Assembly (NCBI GenBank): GCA_944325435.1
Contig: CALVAC010000014.1
Span: 10,603-74,602, forward strand
Direction of reading: 5' to 3'
Source: an uncultured Bacteroidales bacterium
GTDB lineage: Bacteria > Bacteroidota > Bacteroidia > Bacteroidales > UBA932
DNA: 64,000 nucleotides
The position numbers and the translations under genes are program-made. Below are positions 9,541 to 19,096 of this stretch, one piece after another (within the stretch, counting starts at the first letter, position 1; each line of letters begins with the position of its first letter). A model generated the notes under the pieces. That model made no database searches. It worked only from the letters and a program-made list of their open reading frames with translations, and was not told the DNA's origin.

Positions 9541-10635
9541 CTACTCGGATTTCCGGTAGCTGAGGATGGACCAAGTGACCATGACTGAACCGAGGGCGGC
9601 AAGTCCGGCAGCATCATACCAGATGTCCAGAGGGTTGCTGCCTTTCAGGAAGACTGAGCGCATGGCATCCGCAAAATACCTCATCGGGTTGAGGAATGTT
9701 ATGGCTTTCGCCCAGTCCGGCATCGAAGCTATCGGGGTGAATATGCCGCTCATAAGCATGAAGATGACGGCGAAGAACCATATCAGGAACATTGCCTGCT
9801 GGGCGTTGTTGCTGTAGTTGGATATCAGCAGGCCAAGACCGGCCATGACTATCATGTCCAGGGCGGTGTATAGATAAAGCCACAGGATGCTGCCACGGCA
9901 AGTGTATCCGAAGACGGCCCATGCGATGACAAGGCAGGCAGTGAGGATGAAAAACGCAATTGCCCAGTATGGTATCATCTTGCATACGATGAAGGCTGTC
10001 TTGCTGACAGGCGTGACATTTATCTGTTCTATGGTGCCTGCCTCTTTTTCGGAGACAATGTTGAGCGCGGGCAGGAAGGCTGTTATCATTGTGATGGCAA
10101 TCACTATCAGGGCTGGCACCATGAAAAGCTTGTAGTCCATATACGGGTTGAAGTAGTATTTGTCCGAAATGTCGAATGCCGGTGTGGAGGCCGTGTCCGG
10201 ATTCTTTGCGGCAAGATACATCCTGAAACAGTTGAGGATATACTGCGAACCGATGCTTCCTTTGGTGCCGTTGACGGTGTTTACCTTTATTCCGGCAGGA
10301 AGTCCTGTCCCGAGAGCAGTTTCCTTGTCGAATCCCGGCATGATTGTGATGATGGCATCAGCGCGGTTGTTGTCCATCAGCCTCTGTGCCTCGTCCGGGC
10401 TTTGGCAGATGTCCACTAACCTGAAGTAGCCAGATGCAGTGCATTTCTCTATCAGCAGGGAAGATTCCTTGCTCATGCAGTTGTCCACGACAGCAAGGTT
10501 GATGTTCCGGATATCCATACTGACGGCAAACGGGAACACCAGCATCATCAGAACCGGGAACATGAGGGCCATCCTTGGAAGCCCCGGGTCTCTGAAGAAC
10601 TGTTTGAATTCTTTTTCCAGCAGATATTTCCACAT
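9541..10635 (-). CDS. ABC-2 type exporter permease (YbhR-like)
   Basis: MWKYLLEKEFKQFFRD, EKEAGTIEQINVTP, NPMRYF. Confidence 0.9.
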   Translation of the reverse strand: MWKYLLEKEFKQFFRDPGLPRMALMFPVLMMLVFPFAVSMDIRNINLAVVDNCMSKESSLLIEKCTASGYFRLVDICQSPDEAQRLMDNNRADAIITIMPGFDKETALGTGLPAGIKVNTVNGTKGSIGSQYILNCFRMYLAAKNPDTASTPAFDISDKYYFNPYMDYKLFMVPALIVIAITMITAFLPALNIVSEKEAGTIEQINVTPVSKTAFIVCKMIPYWAIAFFILTACLVIAWAVFGYTCRGSILWLYLYTALDMIVMAGLGLLISNYSNNAQQAMFLIWFFAVIFMLMSGIFTPIASMPDWAKAITFLNPMRYFADAMRSVFLKGSNPLDIWYDAAGLAALGSVMVTWSILSYRKSE

Positions 10636-10651
10636 TATGCACTCCTCCTTG

Positions 10652-11770
10652 TTATTGAAGCCTTGTCCTGAAACTGAAGATGCTGGCGGAAAGCAGCACT
10701 CCTGCCATTCCTGCGAGAATGGACAGTTCCTTTATGACCGATGCGAACCCGTCTCCCTGGATCATTATTTTCTTGACAAGTATGATGAACCATTTTGCCG
10801 GAATTATGTCGGAAAACCATTGCAGCACTTCCGGCATGCTCTCGCATGGGAAAATGATACCTGAAAATATCATGGTAGGCATAGTCAGTCCCATCCCGCA
10901 GATAAGCATTGCCGTCTTCTGGCTTGAAGATATGACCGACACCAGAATCCCGATTGCGAGGGAGGCGACCACGAATACCAGGGCTGAAAGCGACAGCAAT
11001 GCAATACTTCCGTTGACAGGAACTTCCATCACATAGTGGGCAAGCAGCAGGATGCTTATGAAATTTACGGCTGACAGTGCCAAATAAGGCATCAGCTTGC
11101 TTAATATGACCCAGAGCGGCTTGACAGGTGAGACGAGCAGGAGCTCGAGTGTCCCGGTCTCTTTTTCCCTTACGATGGAGACGGCGGTCATCATGGAGCA
11201 TATCAGCATCAGTATCAGTCCCATCACTCCGGGGACGAAGTTATACGAAGATTTCATTGCCGGGTTGTACATCAGATGCACGACCGGATTCATGGATGAT
11301 TTCCGTTCTCCTTCCATTGAGATGCTGATGTCCTGCTGTTCCTGCTGGATGACGCCAGATACATAGCTTGTAATGATCCTGGCCGTGTTCGGGTCCGAGC
11401 CGTCACCTATTATCTTTATTGCTGCATTCCCGGAAGACAGGTATTCTTCACCGAAGTTCCTGCCGAAGCATACGGCCGCATCAGCCTTGTTCCTGCGGAA
11501 CATTTCCGTGATCCCTGACGGACTCTGGAGCATTCCTGCAGATTCGAGATATCTGTTGCTCTCTATCCTGTCGATGGTCCTCCTGACCACCGGGTCCGAA
11601 ATGTCTCCGCAGAACGCAATCCTTGCCCGTGTCACTTCGGTGCTTACGGCGAATCCGAAAAGAATGATCTGGACCACAGGCATTATCATTACTATCAGGA
11701 TTGTCCTCCTGTCTCTGAAAATATGCAGGAATTCCTTTTTTATCGAAGCTAGAAACTCTTTCATTGTCAT
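10652..11770 (-). CDS. ABC-2 type exporter permease (YbhS-like)
   Basis: KEFLHIFRDRRT, DGSDPN, VREKETGTLELLLVSP. Confidence 0.9.
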   Translation of the reverse strand: MTMKEFLASIKKEFLHIFRDRRTILIVMIMPVVQIILFGFAVSTEVTRARIAFCGDISDPVVRRTIDRIESNRYLESAGMLQSPSGITEMFRRNKADAAVCFGRNFGEEYLSSGNAAIKIIGDGSDPNTARIITSYVSGVIQQEQQDISISMEGERKSSMNPVVHLMYNPAMKSSYNFVPGVMGLILMLICSMMTAVSIVREKETGTLELLLVSPVKPLWVILSKLMPYLALSAVNFISILLLAHYVMEVPVNGSIALLSLSALVFVVASLAIGILVSVISSSQKTAMLICGMGLTMPTMIFSGIIFPCESMPEVLQWFSDIIPAKWFIILVKKIMIQGDGFASVIKELSILAGMAGVLLSASIFSFRTRLQ

Positions 11771-12513
11771 TCCTCCCTTTCCGCTTTCCCGGCCACTGTC
11801 CTGAACACATCATCCATGGTTTCCGCAGTGAATCTGCATTTGAGCTTCTCTGGAGTGTCCAATGCAGCAATCCTCCCGTCCACCATTATCGAGACCCTGT
11901 CGCAGTATTCGGCCTCGTCCATATAGTGCGTGGTGACGAAAATCGTCGTCCCTTTCTCAGCCGTGTCATATATCAGTTCCCAGAATCTCCTCCTTGTCTC
12001 CGGGTCTACCCCTCCTGTGGGTTCGTCAAGGAAAATGATACGTGGCTCGTGTATGAGCGCTATGCAGAATGAAAGCTTCTGTTTCCATCCCAGCGGAAGT
12101 TCCCCGGCAAACTTGTCCTTTTCCTGCACCATGCCGAGCATTGAGAGCATCTTGGATGTCTTTCCGTTGATTTCCCTGTCATCAAGTCCATATATCCCTC
12201 CGAACAGGCGGATGTTCTCCTTGACCGTCAGATCTGGATACAGGGAGAATTTCTGGCTCATATATCCTATGTGACGCTTTATCTTCTCCTGTTCTTTCCA
12301 GATGTCATAGCCTGCCACTGTCCCTGTGCCGGCTGTCGGACGGCTCAAACCGCAAAGGATTCTCATTGCGGTCGTCTTGCCTGCCCCGTTCGCTCCAAGG
12401 AAGCCGAAAATTTCTCCCCGGTGGACATCAAAACTGATATTATCCACTGCAGTGAAGTCTCCGAATTTTTTCGTGAGATTCCTGATTTCTATGACATTCA
12501 GTTCTTTCCCCAT
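11767..12513 (-). CDS. ABC exporter ATP-binding protein
   Basis: GANGAGKT, LPLGWKQ variant signature, FLDEPT, TTHY. Confidence 0.92.
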   Translation of the reverse strand: MGKELNVIEIRNLTKKFGDFTAVDNISFDVHRGEIFGFLGANGAGKTTAMRILCGLSRPTAGTGTVAGYDIWKEQEKIKRHIGYMSQKFSLYPDLTVKENIRLFGGIYGLDDREINGKTSKMLSMLGMVQEKDKFAGELPLGWKQKLSFCIALIHEPRIIFLDEPTGGVDPETRRRFWELIYDTAEKGTTIFVTTHYMDEAEYCDRVSIMVDGRIAALDTPEKLKCRFTAETMDDVFRTVAGKAEREE

Positions 12514-13418
12514 TTCTTTGACAGTTGCATGAAACAATCTTCTATTCCCGGGGCTATCTCTTTTGCAGTGCAGTCAGGGAAGCCCATTCCTGCAGCTTCG
12601 GCAAGTATCGTCTGCCGGCAAGTCCTGTCAGGCCTGTATGCGAGATGATGGGCATCCCCGAACGAGAAGCAGCTTTCCACTCCTTCTATCATCCGCAGGG
12701 CTTTGAGCAGGGGGTACATATTCCTTCCCTTTACGGCAAGTATCCTGTATGGATATTGCCTGATTATCTGTTCCGGAGTGCCTGTGCCGATGATCTCGCC
12801 GTCCTTTATCAGTGCCAGCCTGTCGCAGAGCGATGCCTCGTCCATATAGGGCGTGGATACGAATACAGTCACTCCGGACTGTCTGATCCTGCCCAGCATT
12901 GTCCAGAAATCCTTTCTGCTGACCGCATCTACTCCGGTGGTGGGCTCGTCGAGAAACAGTACCGATGGCTTGTGGACCAGGGCGCAGCAGAGGGCGAGCT
13001 TCTGTTTCATTCCTCCTGACAGCTTACCTGCCCTGCGGTCCCTGAAAGGTTCTATCTGTGAATATATTTCCTTTATTGTCCCGTAGCTTTCCCGTAGCGT
13101 CGTCCCGAACATTGTGGCGAAAAAGTCGAGATTCTCCTTAACGCTAAGATCCTGGTACAGGGAGAATCTTCCCGGCATATAGCCGATCAGCCTTCTTATT
13201 TTAAAGTAGTCTTTGACGATGTCGAGTCCGCAGATCCTTCCGTATCCGGAATCGGCAAGCATCAGTGTCGTCATTATCCTGAACAGTGTAGTCTTGCCTG
13301 CCCCGTCAGGTCCTATCAGCCCGAATATTTCCCCTTTCCCCACATCGAGGGAGATACCCTTTATCGCATGGACCTGTCTGTAGCTTTTCGACATGTCCCT
13401 TATTTCGATGGCTTCCAT
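12498..13418 (-). CDS. ABC exporter ATP-binding protein
   Basis: GPDGAGKT, LSGGMKQ, FLDEPT, STPY. Confidence 0.92.
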   Translation of the reverse strand: MEAIEIRDMSKSYRQVHAIKGISLDVGKGEIFGLIGPDGAGKTTLFRIMTTLMLADSGYGRICGLDIVKDYFKIRRLIGYMPGRFSLYQDLSVKENLDFFATMFGTTLRESYGTIKEIYSQIEPFRDRRAGKLSGGMKQKLALCCALVHKPSVLFLDEPTTGVDAVSRKDFWTMLGRIRQSGVTVFVSTPYMDEASLCDRLALIKDGEIIGTGTPEQIIRQYPYRILAVKGRNMYPLLKALRMIEGVESCFSFGDAHHLAYRPDRTCRQTILAEAAGMGFPDCTAKEIAPGIEDCFMQLSKKWGKN

Positions 13419-13441
13419 AGTCCGACCTGGTTATGAATCCC

Positions 13442-14350
13442 TTAATCCACAATGATATATGCATACATCCCGAGCCGCAGAGGGCTTCCTTTGTCTATTT
13501 CCACTTTTACGGCATATACCATATCCGCCCTTTCGTCCCTTGTCTGGATGTTTTTCGGTGTGAATTCCGCTTCCTGTGATATCCAGGTCACAGTGCCTCC
13601 GCAGCTTTCCGGTTCGGGCGAGCCGTCATCGGGTATCACTTCCACGCGGTCTCCTATGTGTATTGTCCCGAGCTGGGCAGTGGAGAAATATGCGCGTACA
13701 TACAGGTGGTCAAGGTCTGCAATTTCAAACAGAGGCTTCCCGGAAGTGACCATTTCCCCTTCTTCTGCATATTTCGTCAGGACAGTCCCGTCTATAGGGG
13801 AGCATATCCTGCATTTCCTGAGCTTGTCTTCGGCTTCGGCGATCTGTACATCCAGGGTGCCGATCTCGCATTCCACACTTTCGTTGTTCTGCCTGTATGT
13901 CTGCTCTGCCGCTGCAATCTGGCTCCTGAGTACCTTGATCTGTGATTCGAGGTCATCCACCTGTTTCCTTGTGCCCGCGTCCTTGTCAAGGAGATCCTGT
14001 GCCCGTCTGAGCTCGGATTCGAGGTTGTCGAGCTGCGCATACTGTGCATCTGTCTGGCAATGGATGTCCACTGTCTTGATTCTGGCGCTTTCGCGTCTTT
14101 TCTCGAGTTCTTCTTTCTGGAGCCAGATCTGCAGGGTGTCAATGTATCCGATGCATTCCCCTCTGGACAGCAGGTCACCCTCCCTGATGTCAAGTTCCAT
14201 TATCTTTCCGCTGCTTTCTGAAGATACTGTTATGTCTGTCGCGTCCACCTGGCCGCATGCGTCGAAGTCCGGTGTCTTGTGCCCGCATCCTGCAGCGAGG
14301 ATGGCTGCGGCTGACAGGACGATGGATCCTGTAATGTTGTGTGTATTCAT
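13442..14350 (-). CDS. HlyD family periplasmic adaptor (lipoprotein)
   Basis: LAAGC lipobox, coiled-coil hairpin, ISSPIDG-like ICSPIDGTVLTK, AEFTPKNIQT, VYAVKV. Confidence 0.9.
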   Translation of the reverse strand: MNTHNITGSIVLSAAAILAAGCGHKTPDFDACGQVDATDITVSSESSGKIMELDIREGDLLSRGECIGYIDTLQIWLQKEELEKRRESARIKTVDIHCQTDAQYAQLDNLESELRRAQDLLDKDAGTRKQVDDLESQIKVLRSQIAAAEQTYRQNNESVECEIGTLDVQIAEAEDKLRKCRICSPIDGTVLTKYAEEGEMVTSGKPLFEIADLDHLYVRAYFSTAQLGTIHIGDRVEVIPDDGSPEPESCGGTVTWISQEAEFTPKNIQTRDERADMVYAVKVEIDKGSPLRLGMYAYIIVD

Positions 14351-14360
14351 GGCTGTTGCT

Positions 14361-15650
14361 TTATCTCGTTGTCCCATCGGAATATCCGATACAGTTTTTA
14401 AGGTCGTAGATTGCCATCAGCAGCTGGATTTCGTGTATCGACTCAGTCGCTCTGGCATTGTATTCATCGCTTATCCTGTCCATAAGGTCCGACATTGAGA
14501 TAGTGCCGTTGCGGTACTGCTCCTCCCCGGCTTCCCTTATGGATTCCTGGAGTCTGATGATTTCACGGTCCTTTGATATCTGGGCCCTCGCCTTGTCGAT
14601 GGCGCCTTGCATCTGGGTGGCATTCAGGTCCGTGTTCAGCAGAAATGTTTCCTTGTCGGACTCGATTGTCCTGAGCTGGGTGTCCAGTTTCCTTTTTTCG
14701 TTCTTTCTTGTGTACAGCGCTCCGATGTCCCAGGACATTTTGATGCCTGCAGTGTAGTATGGCTGGAATGAATTCTCCAGGATGTTCAGCCCCGGTCGTC
14801 CTATGCCTCCTTGAATTGACAGACTGAATTTCGGAGAAATCTTGGAGTTCAGCTGGCGCATCTGCGCCTCGTTCTGCTGCATCTGGGCCTCATAGAGAAA
14901 AAGTTCCGGTCTGGTGATGGCGCAAGAGGCTGTTGTTGCGGCATCGTCGGCAGGGATTGTCAGATGCCTGCCCTGGAGACTTGTCCCTGTCAGCTTTTCC
15001 AGCATTTCGAGATATGCTTTCCGGTCTGTCAACAGCCCGTCTTTCTGCTGCTCGCAGTTGAGCTCCTGCACCCGTATCATGTCTAGGTCTGACCGGTAGG
15101 CAGTGCCGTTGTCGATTCTGGCCTGCACCTGTCTGGCATTCCGTTCCAGGCTTTCTTCAAGAATGTCATTCTGCCGGAGCTGACCGTCGATAAGCAGAAT
15201 GCCGAGATAGATTTGGGCAACCCTGTCATTGATGGAATATACGGAAACTTCCACCTGTTTCTTCTGGACCTCGGCCCCCGTGCTGTATACTTCTTTCTGG
15301 CTGCGGGCCGTCCCTCCGTCCCAGATGGTCTGGCTTATCTCGCCAACAAGTGAATATTGGTCGTGGGGGAGGTTGAAGCTGAACCCCGGGATATCGAACG
15401 GCATTTCCACCACATCGGACTGGTATGTCGCCTTCCCCGATATGTTCAGATGGGGCAGCCACGATTTCATCATTCCTGAAATATCATACCTGGCGGCTTC
15501 ATCTATCAGGTTCAGCTGCTTGATCTGAGGATAGTTCTCCCGAGCCAGCTGCATGCATTGCTCGATGCTGATGTCGTCTGTCTCCGGCTGCCCGTTGCAA
15601 ATGAAAGGACAGAGGACTGCAGACAGAAAAATAAGTATTCCCCTTGTCAT
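14361..15650 (-). CDS. TolC family outer membrane efflux protein
   Basis: Signal peptide, LARENYPQ, QTIWDGG, helical repeats; position within the efflux operon. Confidence 0.88.
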   Translation of the reverse strand: MTRGILIFLSAVLCPFICNGQPETDDISIEQCMQLARENYPQIKQLNLIDEAARYDISGMMKSWLPHLNISGKATYQSDVVEMPFDIPGFSFNLPHDQYSLVGEISQTIWDGGTARSQKEVYSTGAEVQKKQVEVSVYSINDRVAQIYLGILLIDGQLRQNDILEESLERNARQVQARIDNGTAYRSDLDMIRVQELNCEQQKDGLLTDRKAYLEMLEKLTGTSLQGRHLTIPADDAATTASCAITRPELFLYEAQMQQNEAQMRQLNSKISPKFSLSIQGGIGRPGLNILENSFQPYYTAGIKMSWDIGALYTRKNEKRKLDTQLRTIESDKETFLLNTDLNATQMQGAIDKARAQISKDREIIRLQESIREAGEEQYRNGTISMSDLMDRISDEYNARATESIHEIQLLMAIYDLKNCIGYSDGTTR

Positions 15651-15652
15651 GA

Positions 15653-16321
15653 TCAGATCGTTTTAGTATCGTGTTGTGTTTCTTCAAGTCTTCCGTATAG
15701 TCTGGCTCTGACTAAAGCTATTATCTCCTCTTTTCTGGACTTCAGGATTTCTTCAGCCATTCCGCTTCCCATTTCGGGAAACATCCCGGTGGCTACCGGA
15801 ATCATCATGAATGCGGACAGGTTGAGCGTTGCGATGTCGAGCACCAGCTGCAGAGGGTCTATCCTGCAGATCCTGCCTTTGTCTATCTCTTCCTGTATCA
15901 GCTTGCAGTGGAACCGGACAATTCTGCTGACAGTCTCCCGTATCCGCCCCTTGTAGCTGTCCATCAGTTCAGGATTGAACCTTACGGTGTCGTACAGGAA
16001 TGTCGGCAGTTTCGGATGTTTCATCAGAAAATCGAAATGGGTCGATATCCCTGTCTCCAGACTTTCCCAGAAAGGGGCGTCTTTCCTCATGACAGGATAG
16101 AACGATGCGAGAAGTTCTTCCATGTTCTTGTCCAGCACCTTGACGAAGATGTGCTCCTTGGTCCTGAAATAGTAGTGCAGCATCGCGTGTGTCACTCCTG
16201 CTTTTTTTGCGATCATCGTGGTTGTGGTGAGGTTGTAGCCGTTTTCGAGAAACAGCTCCTCTGCCGCTTCCATAATGGCCTGCTCAGTGCCGCTATGTTC
16301 TCTTGTCTCTTTTGTCCCCAT
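15653..16321 (-). CDS. TetR/AcrR family transcriptional regulator
   Basis: IMEAAEELFLENGYNLTTTTMIAKKAGVTHAMLHYYFRTKE helix-turn-helix. Confidence 0.95.
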   Translation of the reverse strand: MGTKETREHSGTEQAIMEAAEELFLENGYNLTTTTMIAKKAGVTHAMLHYYFRTKEHIFVKVLDKNMEELLASFYPVMRKDAPFWESLETGISTHFDFLMKHPKLPTFLYDTVRFNPELMDSYKGRIRETVSRIVRFHCKLIQEEIDKGRICRIDPLQLVLDIATLNLSAFMMIPVATGMFPEMGSGMAEEILKSRKEEIIALVRARLYGRLEETQHDTKTI

Positions 16322-16334
16322 ATTTTAACTGTAT

Positions 16335-16356
16335 TGTTTAACAACGGTGTTAAACA
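16335..16356. promoter_or_regulatory. Probable TetR operator
   Basis: Perfect inverted repeat TGTTTAACA-acgg-TGTTAAACA between the -7 box (16362-16369) and the tetR start (16321). Confidence 0.75.
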
Positions 16357-16361
16357 CGCGG

Positions 16362-16369
16362 CAAATATA
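16362..16369 (-). promoter_or_regulatory. Bacteroidota -7 promoter box for the tetR-efflux operon
   Basis: TATATTTG on the minus strand matches TAnnTTTG. Confidence 0.7.
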
Positions 16370-16401
16370 AGAAGTTGTTCCGGATAAAACAACTTCTTAT
16401 A
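16366..16401 (-). terminator. Probable recA terminator hairpin
   Basis: Perfect 14-bp inverted repeat TATAAGAAGTTGTT / AACAACTTCTTATA with an 8-nt loop, 31 nt after the recA stop, followed by TTTG on the minus strand. Confidence 0.65.
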
Positions 16402-16432
16402 CGGTTTCTGATATTTTCAGCGGCTGTAGGTG

Positions 16433-17464
16433 TCAGTCCTTGACGTTCGCGAGCGCTTCACGGATTTTGGCCTCTATCTCATCGCAAAGCTCGCTGTTGT
16501 CTTCAAGCAGCTGTTTGACGGCTTCCCTTCCCTGTGCCAGCCTGGTGTCCCCGTAGCTGAACCAGGAACCGCTCTTTTTGATAATGTCGAACTCTACTCC
16601 GAGGTCGATGATTTCCCCCACATGGGAGATGCCCTCTCCGAACACGATGTCGAATTCCGCCTTCTTGAAAGGAGGAGCGAGCTTGTTCTTCACTATCTTG
16701 ACCCGTGTGCGGTTGCCGAGAGCCTCCTCTCCATCCTTGATCTGTGTGGTCTTGCGCACATCCACACGGACGGATGCATAGAATTTCAGGGCGTTGCCTC
16801 CCGTAGTGGTCTCAGGGTTGCCGAACATTACCCCGATCTTGTCCCTGAGCTGGTTGATGAATACACAGCAGGTGTTCGTCTTGCTGATGTTGGCTGTCAG
16901 TTTTCTCAGGGCCTGGCTCATAAGCCTTGCCTGGAGTCCCATCTTCGAGTCCCCCATCTCTCCTTCGATTTCGGCCTTCGGGGTCAGTGCAGCGACGGAG
17001 TCTATGACAATGATGTCTATTGCTCCGGAACGGATCAGGTCATCCGCAATCTCCAGAGCCTGTTCCCCGTTGTCCGGCTGGGATATGAGCAATGTGTCGA
17101 GGTCGACTCCGAGATTCTTTGCGTATGTCCTGTCGAATGCGTGCTCCGCATCGATTATGGCTGCGATTCCTCCCTGTTTCTGAGCCTGGGCTATCGCATG
17201 GATTGCCAGAGTGGTCTTTCCGCTCGATTCCGGCCCGTAGATTTCTATCACCCTGCCGCGTGGATATCCTCCTATCCCGAGGGCGTGGTCCAGCGCTATG
17301 GAGCCGCTCGGAATGACGGAGACTTCCATATTGGCCTGCTGTCCCAGAGGCATGATGGCTCCTTTCCCGAAATCCTTCTCAATCTTGTCAAGGGTGGCCT
17401 GCAGTGCTTTAAGTTTGGCTGCATTCACATCTGTCCCTGCTTTTTCTTCTGCTTCTTTAGCCAT
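16433..17464 (-). CDS. recA: Recombinase RecA
   Basis: [47 protein letters not shown]; start MAKEAEEK at 17464. Confidence 0.99.
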   Translation of the reverse strand: MAKEAEEKAGTDVNAAKLKALQATLDKIEKDFGKGAIMPLGQQANMEVSVIPSGSIALDHALGIGGYPRGRVIEIYGPESSGKTTLAIHAIAQAQKQGGIAAIIDAEHAFDRTYAKNLGVDLDTLLISQPDNGEQALEIADDLIRSGAIDIIVIDSVAALTPKAEIEGEMGDSKMGLQARLMSQALRKLTANISKTNTCCVFINQLRDKIGVMFGNPETTTGGNALKFYASVRVDVRKTTQIKDGEEALGNRTRVKIVKNKLAPPFKKAEFDIVFGEGISHVGEIIDLGVEFDIIKKSGSWFSYGDTRLAQGREAVKQLLEDNSELCDEIEAKIREALANVKD

Positions 17465-17511
17465 AAGTGTAAAAATTAAGGTTAATACTTGTGCCGAGGC
17501 ACACATCTTCG

Positions 17512-17581
17512 CAAAGTTAGTCAAAAAGCCGGAACGGGGATGACATTTGTCAGGAAATTCCGGACAGAATCCATATATTTG
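17512..17581. promoter_or_regulatory. Divergent -7 boxes for recA and the nuclease gene
   Basis: TAACTTTG on - (17512-17519) and TATATTTG on + (17574-17581). Confidence 0.65.
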
Positions 17582-17633
17582 CACAGGTCATGGCAGACCG
17601 GATGGATGATCAACTTTGTTATCGGTAAGGAAA

Positions 17634-18536
17634 ATGATTTACAGGAAATTCACTATCAAGGCGATAGGTACGGCAGTCATCCTGTCGCTGGCAGCTGTAT
17701 GCGCTTCCGTATTCCCGGGGAACAACGATGAAATGCCGCGTCAGGCAGCAGCTTCTGTCCCTGGCACGAATGGACAGGCTGTGACGGAAAGCACGGATGG
17801 ACGGAGATGGGCCGATATGTACGAACTGCCCGCCTTTTCATCTGCCAGGGGAAATGAGCAGATAGTAAGAAGGGTAGGATATACGGTGTCTTTCAATCCG
17901 AAGTTCCGTATTCCGAACTGGGTGGCTTGGATACTGACCAGGGAAAGGCTGGAGAGCAAGGTCGTGTCCAGACCCGGGACAGAGGCGTTTGTCCCCGACC
18001 CGAAGGTGAGCAACTGTCCGGACAGGCAGTACAATTATGCCGTATATCATTATGAGCGGGGGCATATCTGTCCGGCAGCGGATAACCGCTGGAGCAGAGA
18101 GGCGATGGCTGACTGTTTCTATATGAGCAATATATGCCCTATGAGCGTGTCTCTGAACCATGATGTGTGGAATGATGTCGAGGAAAAGAGCAGGGACTGG
18201 GCCGGGAACATATATGATACCACAATATATATCGTGGGAGGCATAGTCCCGTCAAGCGCGGGGAAGGGGGCGAAGGGAGTGCCTGCCTTTGTCGGTATAA
18301 ACGATGACATAGCAGTGCCGTTCAAGGTATTCAAGGCCCTGCTCCGAAATGACCCGGAGATTGGCTGGACGGCAGTCGGATATCTTTTCGACCAGACAGG
18401 GAAGGCCGAACTGAAGACCATAGATGAAATAGAGGAGATTACAGGTTTTGACCTTTTCCACAATCTTCCTGACAAGGTGGAGGCGAAGGTCGAAGCAGCG
18501 GATGGCAGTTCCCACTGGGCCGGCAGCAGGTTATGA
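17634..18536 (+). CDS. DNA/RNA non-specific endonuclease (NucA/EndA-type, beta-beta-alpha-Me), exported or anchored
   Basis: N-terminal hydrophobic segment; RIPNWVAW, FVPDP, YERGHICPAAD, YMSNICP, WNDVE, VPFKVFK. Confidence 0.9.
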   Translation: MIYRKFTIKAIGTAVILSLAAVCASVFPGNNDEMPRQAAASVPGTNGQAVTESTDGRRWADMYELPAFSSARGNEQIVRRVGYTVSFNPKFRIPNWVAWILTRERLESKVVSRPGTEAFVPDPKVSNCPDRQYNYAVYHYERGHICPAADNRWSREAMADCFYMSNICPMSVSLNHDVWNDVEEKSRDWAGNIYDTTIYIVGGIVPSSAGKGAKGVPAFVGINDDIAVPFKVFKALLRNDPEIGWTAVGYLFDQTGKAELKTIDEIEEITGFDLFHNLPDKVEAKVEAADGSSHWAGSRL

Positions 18537-18546
18537 CCGGAGTGCC

Positions 18547-19092
18547 TCAAGTGTCCATCACTTTCTGGAGCATATCCGCGACTTCATCGTAGCTGTAGCC
18601 CCTCCCTGTCGCATAGCGGATGACCTTCATTCTTATCGTATCCATGCCGGTGTCCTTCTCGGCAAGGCTTCTGTATTTTGCAGCGACAAGCCTTTCAAGC
18701 CTGTCAGAGGAACGGTTTCCGTCTATTTCCCCGAGAGCTGCGGAAATGATGTCGCCGTCTATGCCTTTTGCCCCGAGCGCATATCTGATTTTCACTCTGC
18801 CCCAGCCGGTGATGGCGGCCTTGTCGCGAGCAAATGCAGCGGCATATCTCATATCCGACAGGTAGCCATCGGATTCCAGTGATGCGATTATCCCATCGAT
18901 GACCTTTTCAGTGTCTCCTTCCGTTCCTGCTTCTCCGCTGCCACGTCCGTGCCGCCCCGCCATCATTTTCGATATCTTCTGCCGTATGTCCGCGCTGCAG
19001 TACTCCCTTGTAGAGCACAAATGGCGCATCCTGTCGAGGATGCGTATGTATTCATCGTTTTTCTCCGTGCCTGTCATCTGTCTTGAGTCCAT
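18547..19092 (-). CDS. recX: Regulatory protein RecX
   Basis: LCSTREYCSADIRQK, GYLSDMRYAAAF, GWGRVKIRYAL..KGI, RGYSYD. Confidence 0.88.
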   Translation of the reverse strand: MDSRQMTGTEKNDEYIRILDRMRHLCSTREYCSADIRQKISKMMAGRHGRGSGEAGTEGDTEKVIDGIIASLESDGYLSDMRYAAAFARDKAAITGWGRVKIRYALGAKGIDGDIISAALGEIDGNRSSDRLERLVAAKYRSLAEKDTGMDTIRMKVIRYATGRGYSYDEVADMLQKVMDT

Positions 19093-19096
19093 ATAG

